Shown: piece by piece, positions 29,805 through 41,663 of the stretch
Numbering within the stretch: position 1 is the stretch's first letter
Layout: each line of letters begins with the position of its first letter
Assembly (NCBI GenBank): GCA_963804955.1
Contig: CAWDSQ010000024.1
Coordinates: 64,001 to 128,000 of the forward strand
DNA from: an uncultured delta proteobacterium
Lineage (GTDB): Bacteria > Desulfobacterota > WTBG01 > CAIYCZ01 > CAIRTM01
Direction: 5' to 3'
Length of the DNA: 64,000 nucleotides
The notes under the pieces: generated by a model
The model's input: only the letters and a program-made list of their open reading frames with translations
Database searches by the model: none
What the model was told of the DNA's origin: nothing
Position numbers and translations under genes: made by a program

Positions 29805-30776
29805 ATGGATAGCACCCGCTTACTTGACGTCATTGACCTGAAAAAAAGCTTTCCTGTTTCACAAGGTTTTTTTTCACGCACGAACGATTGTATCCAGGCT
29901 GTCAACGGTATCAGCTTCAGCATACTGCAGGGTGAAATTCTTGGGCTTGTCGGCGAATCAGGCTGCGGCAAATCAACCGTGGCACGGCTTGCCCTTAACC
30001 TCGACCGGCCTGACAGCGGCAGGATCCTGTTCAAAGGTAAAAATATTTTCGAACTCAGGCAGGAGGCCCTCAAACAATTCAGGCGCCGCGTTCAGATAAT
30101 CTTTCAGGATCCTTTTTCATCCCTCAATCCGAGAAAAACAGTCGGAAGCATTATAGGTGAACCGCTCCTGATACACAACATCGCTTCACGTCGGGACGCA
30201 CCTGAAAAAGTTATCAGGCTTATGGAGCTTGTCGGACTGCGCCGGGATTACTACGACCGGTATCCCCATGAGTTCAGCAGCGGCCAGCGCCAGCGTATCG
30301 GCATCGCGCGGGCCCTCAGCCTGACTCCCGAACTGGTTGTGGCAGATGAGCCGGTATCAGCCCTGGACGTTTCTATTCAGGCGCAAACCATAAACCTGCT
30401 GCTGGATCTTCAGAAACAGTTCGGCCTTACCTATCTCTTTATTTCACATGATCTGTCTGTTGTGAGGCATGTCAGCACGCGGGTCGCTGTCATGTATCTG
30501 GGAAAAATCGTCGAGCTCGGGCCGAATGCACGGCTGTATGAACATCCTATTCACCCATATACTGAAGCGCTGCTGTCGGCAGTTCCCGTGCCAGATCCCC
30601 GCATAAAAAAACCGCGTGTCATATTGAGCGGAGATCCTCCAATCCCGATTGGTCGCCGCACGGGCTGTGCGTTTGCCGACCGCTGCCCGATTGCAGATGC
30701 ATCCATGTGTTTTGATATCGAGCCGCCCTTTGTTGAAAAGGCGGCAGGTCACTGGGCTTCATGCCATAAACGTTGA
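29805..30776 (+). CDS. Oligopeptide/dipeptide ABC ATPase (OppF/DppF-like)
   Basis: GESGCGKS, YPHEFSSGQRQR, DEPVSALDVS, HPYT. Confidence 0.9.
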   Translation: MDSTRLLDVIDLKKSFPVSQGFFSRTNDCIQAVNGISFSILQGEILGLVGESGCGKSTVARLALNLDRPDSGRILFKGKNIFELRQEALKQFRRRVQIIFQDPFSSLNPRKTVGSIIGEPLLIHNIASRRDAPEKVIRLMELVGLRRDYYDRYPHEFSSGQRQRIGIARALSLTPELVVADEPVSALDVSIQAQTINLLLDLQKQFGLTYLFISHDLSVVRHVSTRVAVMYLGKIVELGPNARLYEHPIHPYTEALLSAVPVPDPRIKKPRVILSGDPPIPIGRRTGCAFADRCPIADASMCFDIEPPFVEKAAGHWASCHKR

Positions 30777-30795
30777 CACGGGAGATGCTTCAGCA

Positions 30796-32714
30796 ATGTC
30801 TGCACTACGCCCTACCCTGCACGAGCAGCGAACAAAGCTGAAGAATGCACACGAACAGCTTGAAGTCACACTGTCTGCGCAAAAGGGGTATGAAGAAATA
30901 TTTCTTACAACGAGCGCAAACAACTCCGACATACTTCAGCTTCTCAGCAAAAATTTCCGAGTGGATTATGTGAGCCCTTCAGCCTGGCCTATCACGGGAT
31001 ATACCCCGGAAGAAATCGTTGGGCGCAGCTGCCTTGACTTTATTCATCCGGATGACCTGTCATGTGCACTGGATGCTTTTTTTGAAATTATCGAGACCGG
31101 CCAGTGCGATCGAAGTATTGAATTTCGCATCAGGCACAAAAGCGGTTTTTATGTTCCTGTTGAAGCGACCGGCAAACATATGGAAAAAATGTATGCATGG
31201 CGGGGGCTTCATCCTTCATTACCGGAATATGACGAAACAGAAAGAGTCTGAACACGAGATATTTGAACAAAAGAAATTTTATGAAACCATACTGAACACG
31301 ATCTATGATGGAGTCTTCGTCACGGATCGCCACGACACAATCACCTTCATCAACAATGCTTTTTCACTCACCACAGGCCTGTCTGTCCGACAGGGTTATC
31401 GGCAAAAATATTCTGATTGATATATTGACGGACGGCCCGCAGCATTTTCAGTGCTATTATGCTCAGGCCCGCAGCCGCCTGACACCGGTAAATTTCGACA
31501 GCATTCCCGCCTCCACCTTTTCCGGAATAACAATATTCCTTTCCGGCTGGTGTATACCGAAGCATGCTGAAGGCGTTTTTGATGGAATGATCTGCACATT
31601 TACCGATATAACCGGACAGCAGCAGATTAAAGAAAAACTTTCTGAAAGCGAAACCCGCTTCCGCTCCATTGCGGAAACCGCCACCGACGGCATCATCACG
31701 GTGAACGGCTCCGGTGAGGTTGTGTTCTGGAATACGGCTGCATCGGTAATCTTAGGCTATACAGAGGCCGAGGTCATGGGTAAAGAAATCTATCAGATCA
31801 TGCCCGATGAGGTAGTGTCTGATCATGGGCGGATATTTACCGAACCCGAAGAATCCATCAGCCATCGTTCAGTCGGGACGACAGTTGAAGGCAGGGCCCG
31901 GCGAAAAGACGGCACAATTTTCCCCATTGAATTATCTATTGCAAGCTGGATGATTGGCGCGGAAGTCTACTTCACTGCAATCATCAGGGATAGTACGCAT
32001 AGAAAGCATATTGAACAGTCTCTTCAGCATTCAGAGCAGGAACTCAAAAACCTTTCATCCCGGCTTTTACACGCACATGAACAGGAGCGCAAACGCATAG
32101 CATATGAATTGCATGACGGACTCGGGCAAATTCTGAGCGCTGCAAAAATTGGTGTCAAAACAATTCTTGATGCCGGTGTTCAAAGGCTTGCCGCCGGCAC
32201 ACACAGTTCCGCGAATAGCCTTCCGGACATCATTCAGTCTGCCATTGATGAGGTTCGGAGAATTTCACGAGATTTGCGTCCATCGATTCTTGATGATCTT
32301 GGTATAATCGCCGCGATCAATTCATTTTGTTTTGATTTTGAAAAGGTCAACGGGACTATCACCGTGGTCAGGGAAATAAGCGCCCGCGACGAGGATATTC
32401 CCGAAAAAATAAAAATTGTGATATACCGTGTGACACAGGAGGCCTGCACCAACATTGTGCGCCACAGTCATGCCGACAAAGTTACGGTGGCTCTTTCATC
32501 TGTATCCGGAAATGTACGGCTCAGCATACACGATAACGGCAACGGCTTTGTTCAGCAAAAGCTGCATGAAGGCAGAGAATCAAACCGCGGCTTGGGATTA
32601 TCAAGCATGAAAGAGAGGGTTGAGCTTTCCGGCGGAGACTTCACCCTGACATCTTCACCTGATCAGGGAACAATTGTGCAGGCACTCTGGCAACCGGTGC
32701 TAACAGAAGCATAG
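30796..32714 (+). CDS. Multi-PAS sensor histidine kinase, HisKA_3 (NarX/UhpB type); frameshifted
   Basis: Three PAS-like segments over ORFs 30649/31019/31305; ERKRIAYELHDGLGQ H-box; DNGNGF and GLGL boxes. Confidence 0.85.
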
Positions 32715-32886
32715 TGCCTGTTTAACGTTTTAATGATATTCTCTCAGAATCAACTGCGTGCCGTGGTTACAGTTACATTCAAACTGTGTTAAACTACAGC
32801 ACTAAAAATTCCTGAAAAAGAAATTCCGGGGCTAAAGCCCTGAAGTACATCAAAACCCGTGCAATGCATAATTCCATAACCCTTGC

Positions 32887-34523
32887 ATGCAGAATATGAA
32901 CGCCAGAAGAAACAGCCTGTTGCTTGCAGCACTTATTTTCTACGTCAGCATCTATGCCTGCGCCACTGCGTCCCGGGCAGCTGATACTGCAGCTGCGGAC
33001 AACGCGACTCCATCGCTCCCGGCAATTCCGCCGACTGCTGGGCCTGTCTCGAAAGCCAGCTATATTGTACAGCCGGGAGACTGCCTTGGAAAAATTCTGC
33101 GTGAAGTATTCAAGCTGCCTGAAGCAGTCATTTTCAGCCCGCAGACAAAACTCTCCATTCAAAAGGCTAACCCGCACATACATGACCTCAATGCTTTGCA
33201 GGCCGGCGAAAAACTGTGTGTGCCGCCGGAGATTCAGCACCAACTGCCCCCCCACAGCATTGGCTCTGATGCGGGCAAACAACCAGTGTCCTCTGTCACT
33301 GAACGGTCCGGCGAACCTGCCTCAATGCCCCAAAAAAAACAAAGCCGCAGGCTGCAGACCTGGCGCCGTCTATCCCGTCAGCCCACTGAATGATGAGCAG
33401 TCCGCACAGGCGATTCACGTTGCAACCGATGAAGACCTATCAAAGAAGATTCACTCGCGGGAACAGACTGCGCTCCAGCATGAAAAAAAAGTCCGGCAGA
33501 TGCTGATTGATTTCGTGAAGGCCTTTGACGGCATTGACAACACGAGCTGCATAAAGACTCTGCCGATTGACAACGGCGGAACCATTGTCATGGATTGCAG
33601 CAAATTTCCCATATATGAATTCCCCTGGGGAGCACGGATTGTCATGGATTACGGCGACCATCTGCCTGAGCACGTGCGAAAAATCATCACCGCGCAATGG
33701 GCTCATACGCAGATCATCGCCGCAGGATCACATGAAACTGCTGAAACAATCTTGTCAAGGGTGATCGACGGTTGCGGTCTGCTTAAAAACGAATCAGGCA
33801 ATCGATACACAGTCAGCCGCGACAATATACAAATCAGTGTAAGCGGCAACTGGATTGTTTATAAAGACCATGCGCAGAAAAATATTTTTGTTATAACGAT
33901 TACAAACGACGCAGGCCTCCGGATTCCCGAAAGCCTGCACGCATACCTTACCGGGCTTGGTATCAATCTGCTGCAGTTAAGCCCGTTTGAAAAACCGCCC
34001 TCCTTAAAAACAGAACATTTCAGCCCTGAACCCGAGGTTATATCTGTACAGGCTGATCCTGTGCATTTGACTGACATGATTCTGGAACTTATTGGAATAA
34101 CCCCGCAAAAAAATGTAAAAACCAAAATCACGCCACAAAATGCTCGAGGCATTACATTTGAAGTAACAATCGATCGAAAATTTGAATTGGCCGGTAAAAC
34201 CTGTTTTATTGACTTTAAAAATCTGTCCTCCAACATAGCTTCTATGCTCAACAATAAAGGCAATAAAATTCTTCAAATTGATTTAAAAACAGATAATTAT
34301 TTAAATTTAATCCATGAATTACTCGATTTTCTGCGCAATTCAAAACAGCTCTTCACCTGCACATTTCCAATACGACCAGTCTGAAAAAGCATCGCTGGAG
34401 ATCAGCATTCCGGGGTTTTTACTTCATACTAAATAAGGTGATTTTTTATTAACAAATATTGAAATTGATAAAAATATATTAATATTATTGTCGGAAATAG
34501 ATGTAAAAACTATTAAATTTTAA
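32887..34523 (+). CDS. Exported LysM-domain protein (frameshifted)
   Basis: Signal peptide; YIVQPGDCLGKIL...NPHIHDLNALQAGEKLCVP LysM; continues in ORF 32924..34384; 3' end approximate. Confidence 0.7.
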
Positions 34524-34796
34524 ATTTCAGCTCTAATTAAATAATAATATAAAATATATTTTTTATTAAAATTTATACCTTTATTTTTAAATTTAATCTC
34601 CTGTGTTGTATCAAAAAAGGTGTAAAGTTTGTTTAGGGCATAACCGATACATTCATTGTCAAGTACAAAACCTGTCGAACGTACAGAAACAGATCAGTAA
34701 AGGGTGTACGTCTCTCAATCAGGATTAAACTCTGTCGGCAGCACAAAATATAAAAGTACGCGCAGACGGATAATGAATGTTTCAAGGAGATTCGGG

Positions 34797-34997
34797 ATGC
34801 CCGACGAAATAATGGACATCAGAAGTGCAGCCAAGTACCTTCAAATTAAAGAACGTACACTGTACCGGCTTGTTGGTGAAGGTGAAATTCCCGGAATAAA
34901 AGTCGGTGGCCAATGGCGCTTCAGCAGAAAATGTCTTGAAGGCATGTTTGCAAACGAAACAAAAAAGATTTTTCATGTTGAGCGTGGTACGCAATAA
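34797..34997 (+). CDS. Excisionase-like HTH (HTH_17/BldC-like) DNA-binding protein
   Basis: AAGGAG RBS; IMDIRSAAKYLQIKERTLYRLVGEGEIPGIKVGGQWRF. Confidence 0.85.
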   Translation: MPDEIMDIRSAAKYLQIKERTLYRLVGEGEIPGIKVGGQWRFSRKCLEGMFANETKKIFHVERGTQ

Positions 34998-35148
34998 AAT
35001 CCCTGATTTTTTTAAAACACTAAACCAGTCAAAGCCACCATCCTTTCCAAGTCCTCAGTTTTAAATATAACTACTAGCCCCACCTTTTGAATTTTTTCAG
35101 CCGTAGATCTAGTATTTCATAAACTACTTAGCAGGCTAAAGATTCTCC

Positions 35149-35177
35149 TTGACATTGATTTAAAGTTTGGGTAGTCT
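35149..35177 (+). promoter_or_regulatory. Candidate sigma70 promoter for the FAD-oxidoreductase cluster
   Basis: TTGACA-17 bp-TAGTCT, about 300 bp upstream of ATG 35480. Confidence 0.4.
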
Positions 35178-35479
35178 TTTTATGACAAAGATATACCTAA
35201 TTTATTGTGAACTAATGGATTTAGTATTAAGGTGCCGGCTTTCAAAAACAATACGGTATAGTTGATTAACACTGACAGCCTCCATCATCAAATAAGTATC
35301 CTTAACAACCCCTAATAAAGGATATCTGTAAGCAGCATTTTTCGCCACATGCAAACAAAAAAAACACATCAACCGCAAAAAAGAAGTATTGATTTACCCC
35401 TGTTTACTAGTGTGAAAATAAAGACATATTACGTATCGGCAAAAACCAACAGTTATTTAAATTACACGTGGAGAAGCAT

Positions 35480-36965
35480 ATGAGCACAGCAGCAACATCG
35501 TTAAAGAGCATCATCGATGCCGTGGCAGGCGTTGTTGGGGCGCAGAATGTCAGCACCGACATCGACACCTTGAAGCAGTACTCAAAAGATACGAGCCTTA
35601 TGCCTGCACGCATGCCTGACATGGTCGTCAGAGTTCTGAACCGTGAGCAGCTCATGGGCGTCTTGAAGATCGCCAATGAAAACAGCATCCCCGTTGTGCC
35701 GCGCAGCTCCGGAACCGGCACCTACGGCACCGCTATTCCTCTTGAAGGCGGCATCATTGTTGATCTGTCGAGCATGAAGCGCATCCCGCGCATCGATACC
35801 CGCAATCGCTGGGCACTGATCGAGGCTGGTGTCACGTTCGGTGAACTGCGCGATGAGCTTGCAAAACAGGGCATGCAGCCCCTGAATACGCTGCTGCCGC
35901 GCAAGGACAAGTCTGTCATATCCAGCGTGCTTGAACGTGAGCCGGTGCTGGCTTGCAAGACTGAATGTGATGAGCCCCTGAGAACCATGGAATTCGTATG
36001 GGGTACCGGCGAGCTGATGAGAACCGGCGCAATGTCTGTTGACTCAATGCCGCCGGAGGAAATTCCCAACAAAACCTCCTCCGATCTCTGCTCGATCGGC
36101 GGCCCCGGCATTGACTGGTGGCGGCTCATGACAGGAACGCAGGGAACCTTCGGCGTCATAACGGTCATGAATGTAAAAATCTTTCCACAAGGCGCTCCAG
36201 CAGAAGGTTGTTATTCTAACCTTCAATAACCTTGAAGATCTGGTAAAGCCTCTGTATGCTATTCAGCACCGTGAAATCGGTCACGAGTGTTATGTTCTGA
36301 ACAATTACGACGTGGCGGCAATCCTTGCCGACGATGACAAGGAAATTGCAAATCTTGCCAGAAAAATCCCCCCTTACTGCATCGTGCTGAATCTCTGGGG
36401 CGGTCAGTTTTTTCCCGAGGAAAGAATCGCCTATGAAGAAAAAGCTGTCAATGAAATAGCCGACCAGTTTCAATTTTCAGTTGCCAATGGGCTTTCCGCC
36501 ATACCCGATGCAAACAAGCGCCTTGAAAGCATGCTGGCCAGCCCCTGGGAAGGCGATATATACTGGAAAGACCGCTATGCAGGCGCATGCCTTGAGCTTG
36601 TATTCGAGTCCGGCCTCGACAAGATCCCCGAATACTGGAAAATATTCACCCAGCTTGCCGGCGAATACGGCATCGACACCAAGACCCTTGGCCTCTATAT
36701 TCAGCCCCGCCAGCGCGCACGCGTCTGCCATGTTGAATTCCACATCCCCTGTGATCCAAATGGCGCAGACCTTGCAAATATCAAAGCATTCCAGCGCAAA
36801 GCAGCCGAAGCAGTCATGAATGCAGGCGCATTCTTCTATCGCCCCTACTATGACTGGTCGGATATGATCTTCGCCCGCTCCGGCTATACATTTGAAGCGA
36901 TCAAAAAAATTAAAAAGATTCTTGACCCGAACCATACGCTCAACCCGGGCAAAATGGGTCTGTAA
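35480..36965 (+). CDS. FAD-binding oxidoreductase (GlcD/VAO-like), type A1; frameshifted near 36200
   Basis: PDMVVR, VVPRSSG, IEAGVTF, GTQGTFG, C-terminal LDPNHTLNPGKMGL. Confidence 0.85.
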
Positions 36966-37017
36966 AATAACGCACCGAACAACCAAGGCTTGCAACCATT
37001 TACTATAGGAGACAACA

Positions 37018-38717
37018 ATGGCTTTCAATGAAATAGCTCTCAAAGCATTACAGGACGTGGTTGGCGAAGAAAACGCCTCGACAGACAGGGTACTGTGTCA
37101 GGCATATTCCCGCGTGCAATGGACTGCTGACGGCTGTATTCAGCGCAATGAAATGAAGACGTCAATGCGGCCTGACTGTATCGTGCTGCCTTCCTCCACA
37201 GAGGAAGTGCAGTCTATCTACAAACTTGCCAACCGCTATGACTTCATCGTCATACCCCGCGGCTCCGGCATGATCAATGCGGCTTTTGCAAACCCGACGC
37301 AGCGCATGATCGGAAAACCGATCTGCATTATTGACCCCAAGCGCATGGATAAAATTATTAAGGTCGATGCCAACAATATGTATGCGGTCATCGAGCCCTA
37401 TGTCTGCTTTGCTGCTCTGCAGGCAGAAGCGATGAAGGTCGGCTGCATGGCACCCTCACCCCCGGCAGGCTCGCAGATATCGGCCCTTGCAAATATTCAG
37501 TGGCATGGCGCATACGGCAACTCCTGGCTTTCAGGCCTTGGCGCCAACCAGCTTCTGTCCTTTGAGCTCGTTCTTCCCAATGGCGAGTTGCTCAAGAGCG
37601 GCTCCATCGCCCAGCAGGGCCCTGAAGAAGACTGGATATGGAATGACGGCCCTGGCCCCGACCTTCGCGGCTTTTACCGCGGCGCACAGTTCGGCCACGC
37701 CGGCGGCATGGGCATGGTGACAAAAATTTCCACCCGCCTGTTCCCCTGGCCCGGACCCTACCGTTTTCCCGACAAACGGCAATGCCGTTGAAAAAGAATC
37801 CCATTTCACCAAGGATAAGGTTCGCTGGTACATGATCGATGTGCCCGAAAAAATCAAGGAGTACCCCAAATTCGAGGCAGAACAGCTCCGCTGGTCCTGC
37901 GACCTTCATTACGAAATCGCCCGGGCCGAGCTTGCTATTGTTGTGCAGCATAATGCCAAGCAGTTCATGATGACCTGGGCGGCGCGCAGCAAGGAAGAAT
38001 TCCATAAGGGCGCCAATGAAGAATTCTTTCCCCGCGGCTACAATGTCGTCGCTCTTTCTTCGCTGACCTCTCTTGAGCAGCTCGAATATGAAGAAAAGGT
38101 TCTCAAGTCGATCGTAGCCAAGATGGGCGGTTCCTTCCTGTCAGAAGAGTCCAAGGATCCCATGGATCGCGAGCGCATACAGGTCCTGGATGCGCATTAC
38201 CAATGACTGGATCCGCACCGGCCATTCAATGAGGCTTTCCCGGCCCAGCGACTGCTTCCATCAGGGCACGGCATGCCTCGACTCCATCGACGCTGTGACT
38301 GATGAGATCCTGCGGGCAAACACACAGCAGCGCAAAGAGCTTGCGGAACAGGGCAAAGGCAAAGACCTGCTTCCGATCAGCTTCTACGGCGGCTGGATCA
38401 GCCCGATTGAAAAAGGCTATGGCGCTCTGATGACAACCGACCTCTGGCCCGAGCAGGAGCCAGAGAAAGCCGCTCAGGCAATTCAGCTGCTGTTCGGCTC
38501 GCTGATGGGCATGCTTGCAACCAAAAGCGCAGGCGCTACGGTATGCCTGCTGGGACCGGCATATGACCTTCTTGGACCGCAGTTCTATAATGTTCATCTT
38601 ATGGTCAAGGCGATGAAGCGTGAGTTCGATCCGAACAATATTTCCAATCCGCCGTATGCTACCACGCCTGATGTGGTTAATCCGAAGCAGCTTGCTGAGC
38701 TTACAAAAGTTCTGTAA
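37018..38717 (+). CDS. FAD-binding oxidoreductase (GlcD/VAO-like), type B1; two frameshifts
   Basis: PDCIVLPSSTEEVQ, IEPYV, ELVLPNGE, GPGPDLRG, GGMGMVTK, FDPNNISNP. Confidence 0.85.
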
Positions 38718-38764
38718 GAGCAAAAAAAACTGCAACCAACTTTCTTGCATGAAAGGAGATTACA

Positions 38765-39766
38765 ATGTCTGATGAACTGGGAACAATTGAAAAAATCATG
38801 ATGACCAAACCCTTCAAGGTTTTCGACAGCCACGGGCATCCGGGGCTGGAGAAAATCGGCATTGCCGACCGGCCCGGCTGCATCGATTTCTGGTGCGGCA
38901 ATACGGTCGTGTCACGCTCCATGATGGGCGCCCGCGCATTCCTTGGCGACCCCAATCCCTTCAGCTTTATCACCAAGGCTGAAGAATGCCCCAACATGAC
39001 CCCCGAGGTCTTTATCCAGTACATGGATATGGCCGGTGTCGAGGCCATGTGCCTGCAGTGCATCCACGGCATTACCGATCCGGCCCCGGGCTATCCCAAT
39101 GGCTGGAAGTGGTATGTGCCCAATGAATATGTAAAAAAGACCTTTATCGATGCCTTCCCCGGCCGGTTCACCGCAGTGGGCGGCGTGCATGCCCGCTACG
39201 GCAAAGAGGCAGCAGTTGAAATGGTCATTTCGGCCAAGGAAAACGGCTTCCCGGGCATTAAAATTCATCCGCCCACGATCGGCTACCCGAACAATCCCGA
39301 TCTGTATCCCGCGTACGCAAAATGCGAAGAGCTGGGCCTGCATGTGCAGATTCACACCGGCGTTGAAGAGCTGCCCGGAACGCGCGCCAAGTATCAGCAC
39401 CCGGTGTATGTCGATGATGTTGCCATGGACTTCCCGAAGCTGAAAATACTGCAGCTGCACTGCGGCGTGTTCAACAACCCCATGATGGGCCTGTGGAACG
39501 TGATGAAGCATGACAATCTCTACACCGACATCACGATCCCCCACCCGACGCTCATGCAGTTCAAGTATTACTGGGATATGGATCATATGCGGTTCCTTGA
39601 ATTCTTCATGCCCGACAAGGTGTTCTACGGCACGGACTTCCCGCTCACGCTGCCGGCCTACAGCGCCATGGTCAGCAATATCATGACCATGCCGCTCTCC
39701 ATGGAGTTCAAGCACAAGATCATGGGCGACAACTTCCGTAAGTTCATCAACTGGGAAAGCAAGTAA
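38765..39766 (+). CDS. Amidohydrolase family protein (Amidohydro_2; hydrolase/decarboxylase-like)
   Basis: DSHGH, GIKIHP, IHTG, YGTDFP; AAAGGAG RBS. Confidence 0.88.
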   Translation: MSDELGTIEKIMMTKPFKVFDSHGHPGLEKIGIADRPGCIDFWCGNTVVSRSMMGARAFLGDPNPFSFITKAEECPNMTPEVFIQYMDMAGVEAMCLQCIHGITDPAPGYPNGWKWYVPNEYVKKTFIDAFPGRFTAVGGVHARYGKEAAVEMVISAKENGFPGIKIHPPTIGYPNNPDLYPAYAKCEELGLHVQIHTGVEELPGTRAKYQHPVYVDDVAMDFPKLKILQLHCGVFNNPMMGLWNVMKHDNLYTDITIPHPTLMQFKYYWDMDHMRFLEFFMPDKVFYGTDFPLTLPAYSAMVSNIMTMPLSMEFKHKIMGDNFRKFINWESK

Positions 39767-39860
39767 GCCGGCAGGGAGCTGAATCTGATGCGGAATCTGA
39801 AACGACATTTTCTCACGCTGCACTCGAAGCTGAATACGTCCGATAGAACCGGCTGATTGT

Positions 39861-39900
39861 TAAAGGGTGTTCGCCGTCTCGTACAGCGAACACCTTTTTT
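39861..39900 (+). terminator. Intrinsic terminator inside the redox cluster
   Basis: AAAGGGTGTTCGC...GCGAACACCTTTTTT. Confidence 0.7.
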
Positions 39901-39976
39901 CTGTGACTAGCAACGGAGCATCTGCTCCACAAAAAGAATCAAGAGACTCAACTACACTAAACTAAGGGAGTTAGCT

Positions 39977-40371
39977 ATGGAACTGAATCTCAAAAAATGG
40001 GAAGCCTACATGCAGCAGGATCCGGCGCTTCAGGATCGCCTGCAACGGCTCAATCCCGAAGGCTATCCAGCCACCAGAAAGGGCGATCTGCTGTGCCTGA
40101 AAGCTGGCAAGCGTTCCATCGATCGTGAACTGGAACGGCAAACAGCTCCATGTCGAGACGCGGGAACCAAAGAAAGCGTTTCTGACCTGGAATATCGGCG
40201 AGAAAAAATTCAACGAGGTGTTTCTTTCCGGCAAAACCCCTCCGGTCCTTGTTGCAATGAACAATGACCAGAAAAACATCAAGGCCGAAGCAGACCACCA
40301 CAACGGTTCACTGGTTATAAGCTTCATGGTGATGCTGCAGGAATGCAATGAAGGAGGTGCCCGCATCATGA
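39977..40371 (+). CDS. Small SCP2-like (lipid/sterol-carrier fold) protein or N-terminal domain; frameshifted
   Basis: Repaired reading LKAGKRSIIVNWNGKQLHVETREPKKAFLTWNIGEKKFNEVFLSG..VAMNNDQKNIKAEAD fits the SCP2 pattern; boundary with the next gene uncertain. Confidence 0.45.
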
Positions 40372-41650
40372 AAAGTTTCTTTACTGATTTTGAACCGGTA
40401 AAAACACTGAGGCCCAAAAGCGCTGCTGAGGTGCAGGAAATCATCAAAAAGGCCAATAAGGACAAGACGCCTCTGGTGCCGGTCAGCTCCGCCAGCAACC
40501 TGCAGGACACGCACCTGCCCACGGTTAAAGGCGCTGTTGCCGTTGATTTGTCCGGCCTGAAGGGCATGTATTTTGATGCCGCCAACCGCAATGTCACGGT
40601 AGAGCCCGGCGTCACATTCGCCGATATCGAAAAGCAGTGCGCAAAAGCGGGACTTCGCACCCTGACATGCCATCGATGTTCCCAAAGGATGCATCAATTC
40701 TGACAACCTATCTGGAAATGATGCCCCTGTATCAGTGGCCCAAATATCATCCCTGGGAAATGCTGACCATGGAAGGCTACCGCGGCGATGGCGAGCGCTT
40801 TGCAACCGGCCAGATGGCCATGGTGCAGGACCGTCCTGACAAGTACTCCTGGGGCGTATCATTTGCCATGGTAGCACGGCTGTACTGCATGGCGCAGGGC
40901 ACGCTCGGCATTATCACCAAAGCTGCCGTGACGCTGAAAACCGCCATGAAAGAGGCAGAGGTTCTGTATTATCCCTGCACCACCATCGCAAAGGCGACAC
41001 AGGCACTCAAGGCATTTCTTTTCACCGAAGAGCCGCATGAAATTTTCGCCGTCAACAAAACCTATTTTGCAGAACTGATCGGCGAAAAAGCATCAAAAGA
41101 CATGCCTGCCTGGACCGTGGTTATCGTCAACCGCGGCGCTGACAAGGCTGAGATCGCCTATAAGAAGCAGGATGCCGCTGAAATCGCAAAACGTCTGGGC
41201 GGCTCGCTGATGACCGGCTATAAAGGGCGCAAAGAATGCTTCAAAAACAATTCTTTCTGAAATCGCCGCCCCCACCGGCTCCGCGCTTCATACAAGCGCC
41301 AAATCCTGGGCGCCCATTGTCAGCATTGCAACGGCTGAGCAGATTGCTGCCATAGCAGGCTCTATTCCCAAAGCATCCGGCTCGATTCTCATGCCGCTGC
41401 AGGCAGGCGGCTGTTTCTATTATCAGCCCGATTTGCGCTACACAGAAGGCGACCTCGTCAGCACTCGCAAAGAGTATGTCGTCAATTTGCGAAAAGATGC
41501 TTAAGTCCGGCGTTCTCTTTCCCCAGACCCTCGGCGCTTATCGCCAAACAGGTTGCCAAACAGTACCCTGACAGTTTCAACGTGCTCAAAGCTATAAAAA
41601 AAGCCGTTGATCCCAAGAATATCATGAACCCCGGTAAACTGGGACTTTAA
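40368..41650 (+). CDS. FAD-binding oxidoreductase (GlcD/GlcE-like), type A2; several frameshifts
   Basis: AAGGAGG then ATG 40368; LRPKSAAEVQ, VEPGVTF, AQGTLGIITK, C-terminal VDPKNIMNPGKLGL*. Confidence 0.8.
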
Positions 41651-41663
41651 GGAGGTAACAGCC

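Noticed and set aside
34797..34997. Excisionase as evidence of a prophage or integrative element
   Set aside because: No integrase, tRNA, att-like repeat or phage genes nearby.
38912..39823. 303-aa antisense ORF, and many similar shadow ORFs in the track
   Set aside because: Mirror of a well-supported gene with biased codons; no motifs or RBS.
39767..39856. CTGATG..GAAAC..GTC resembling a hammerhead ribozyme core
   Set aside because: CUGANGA is broken (CTGATGC), and stems I and III cannot be formed.
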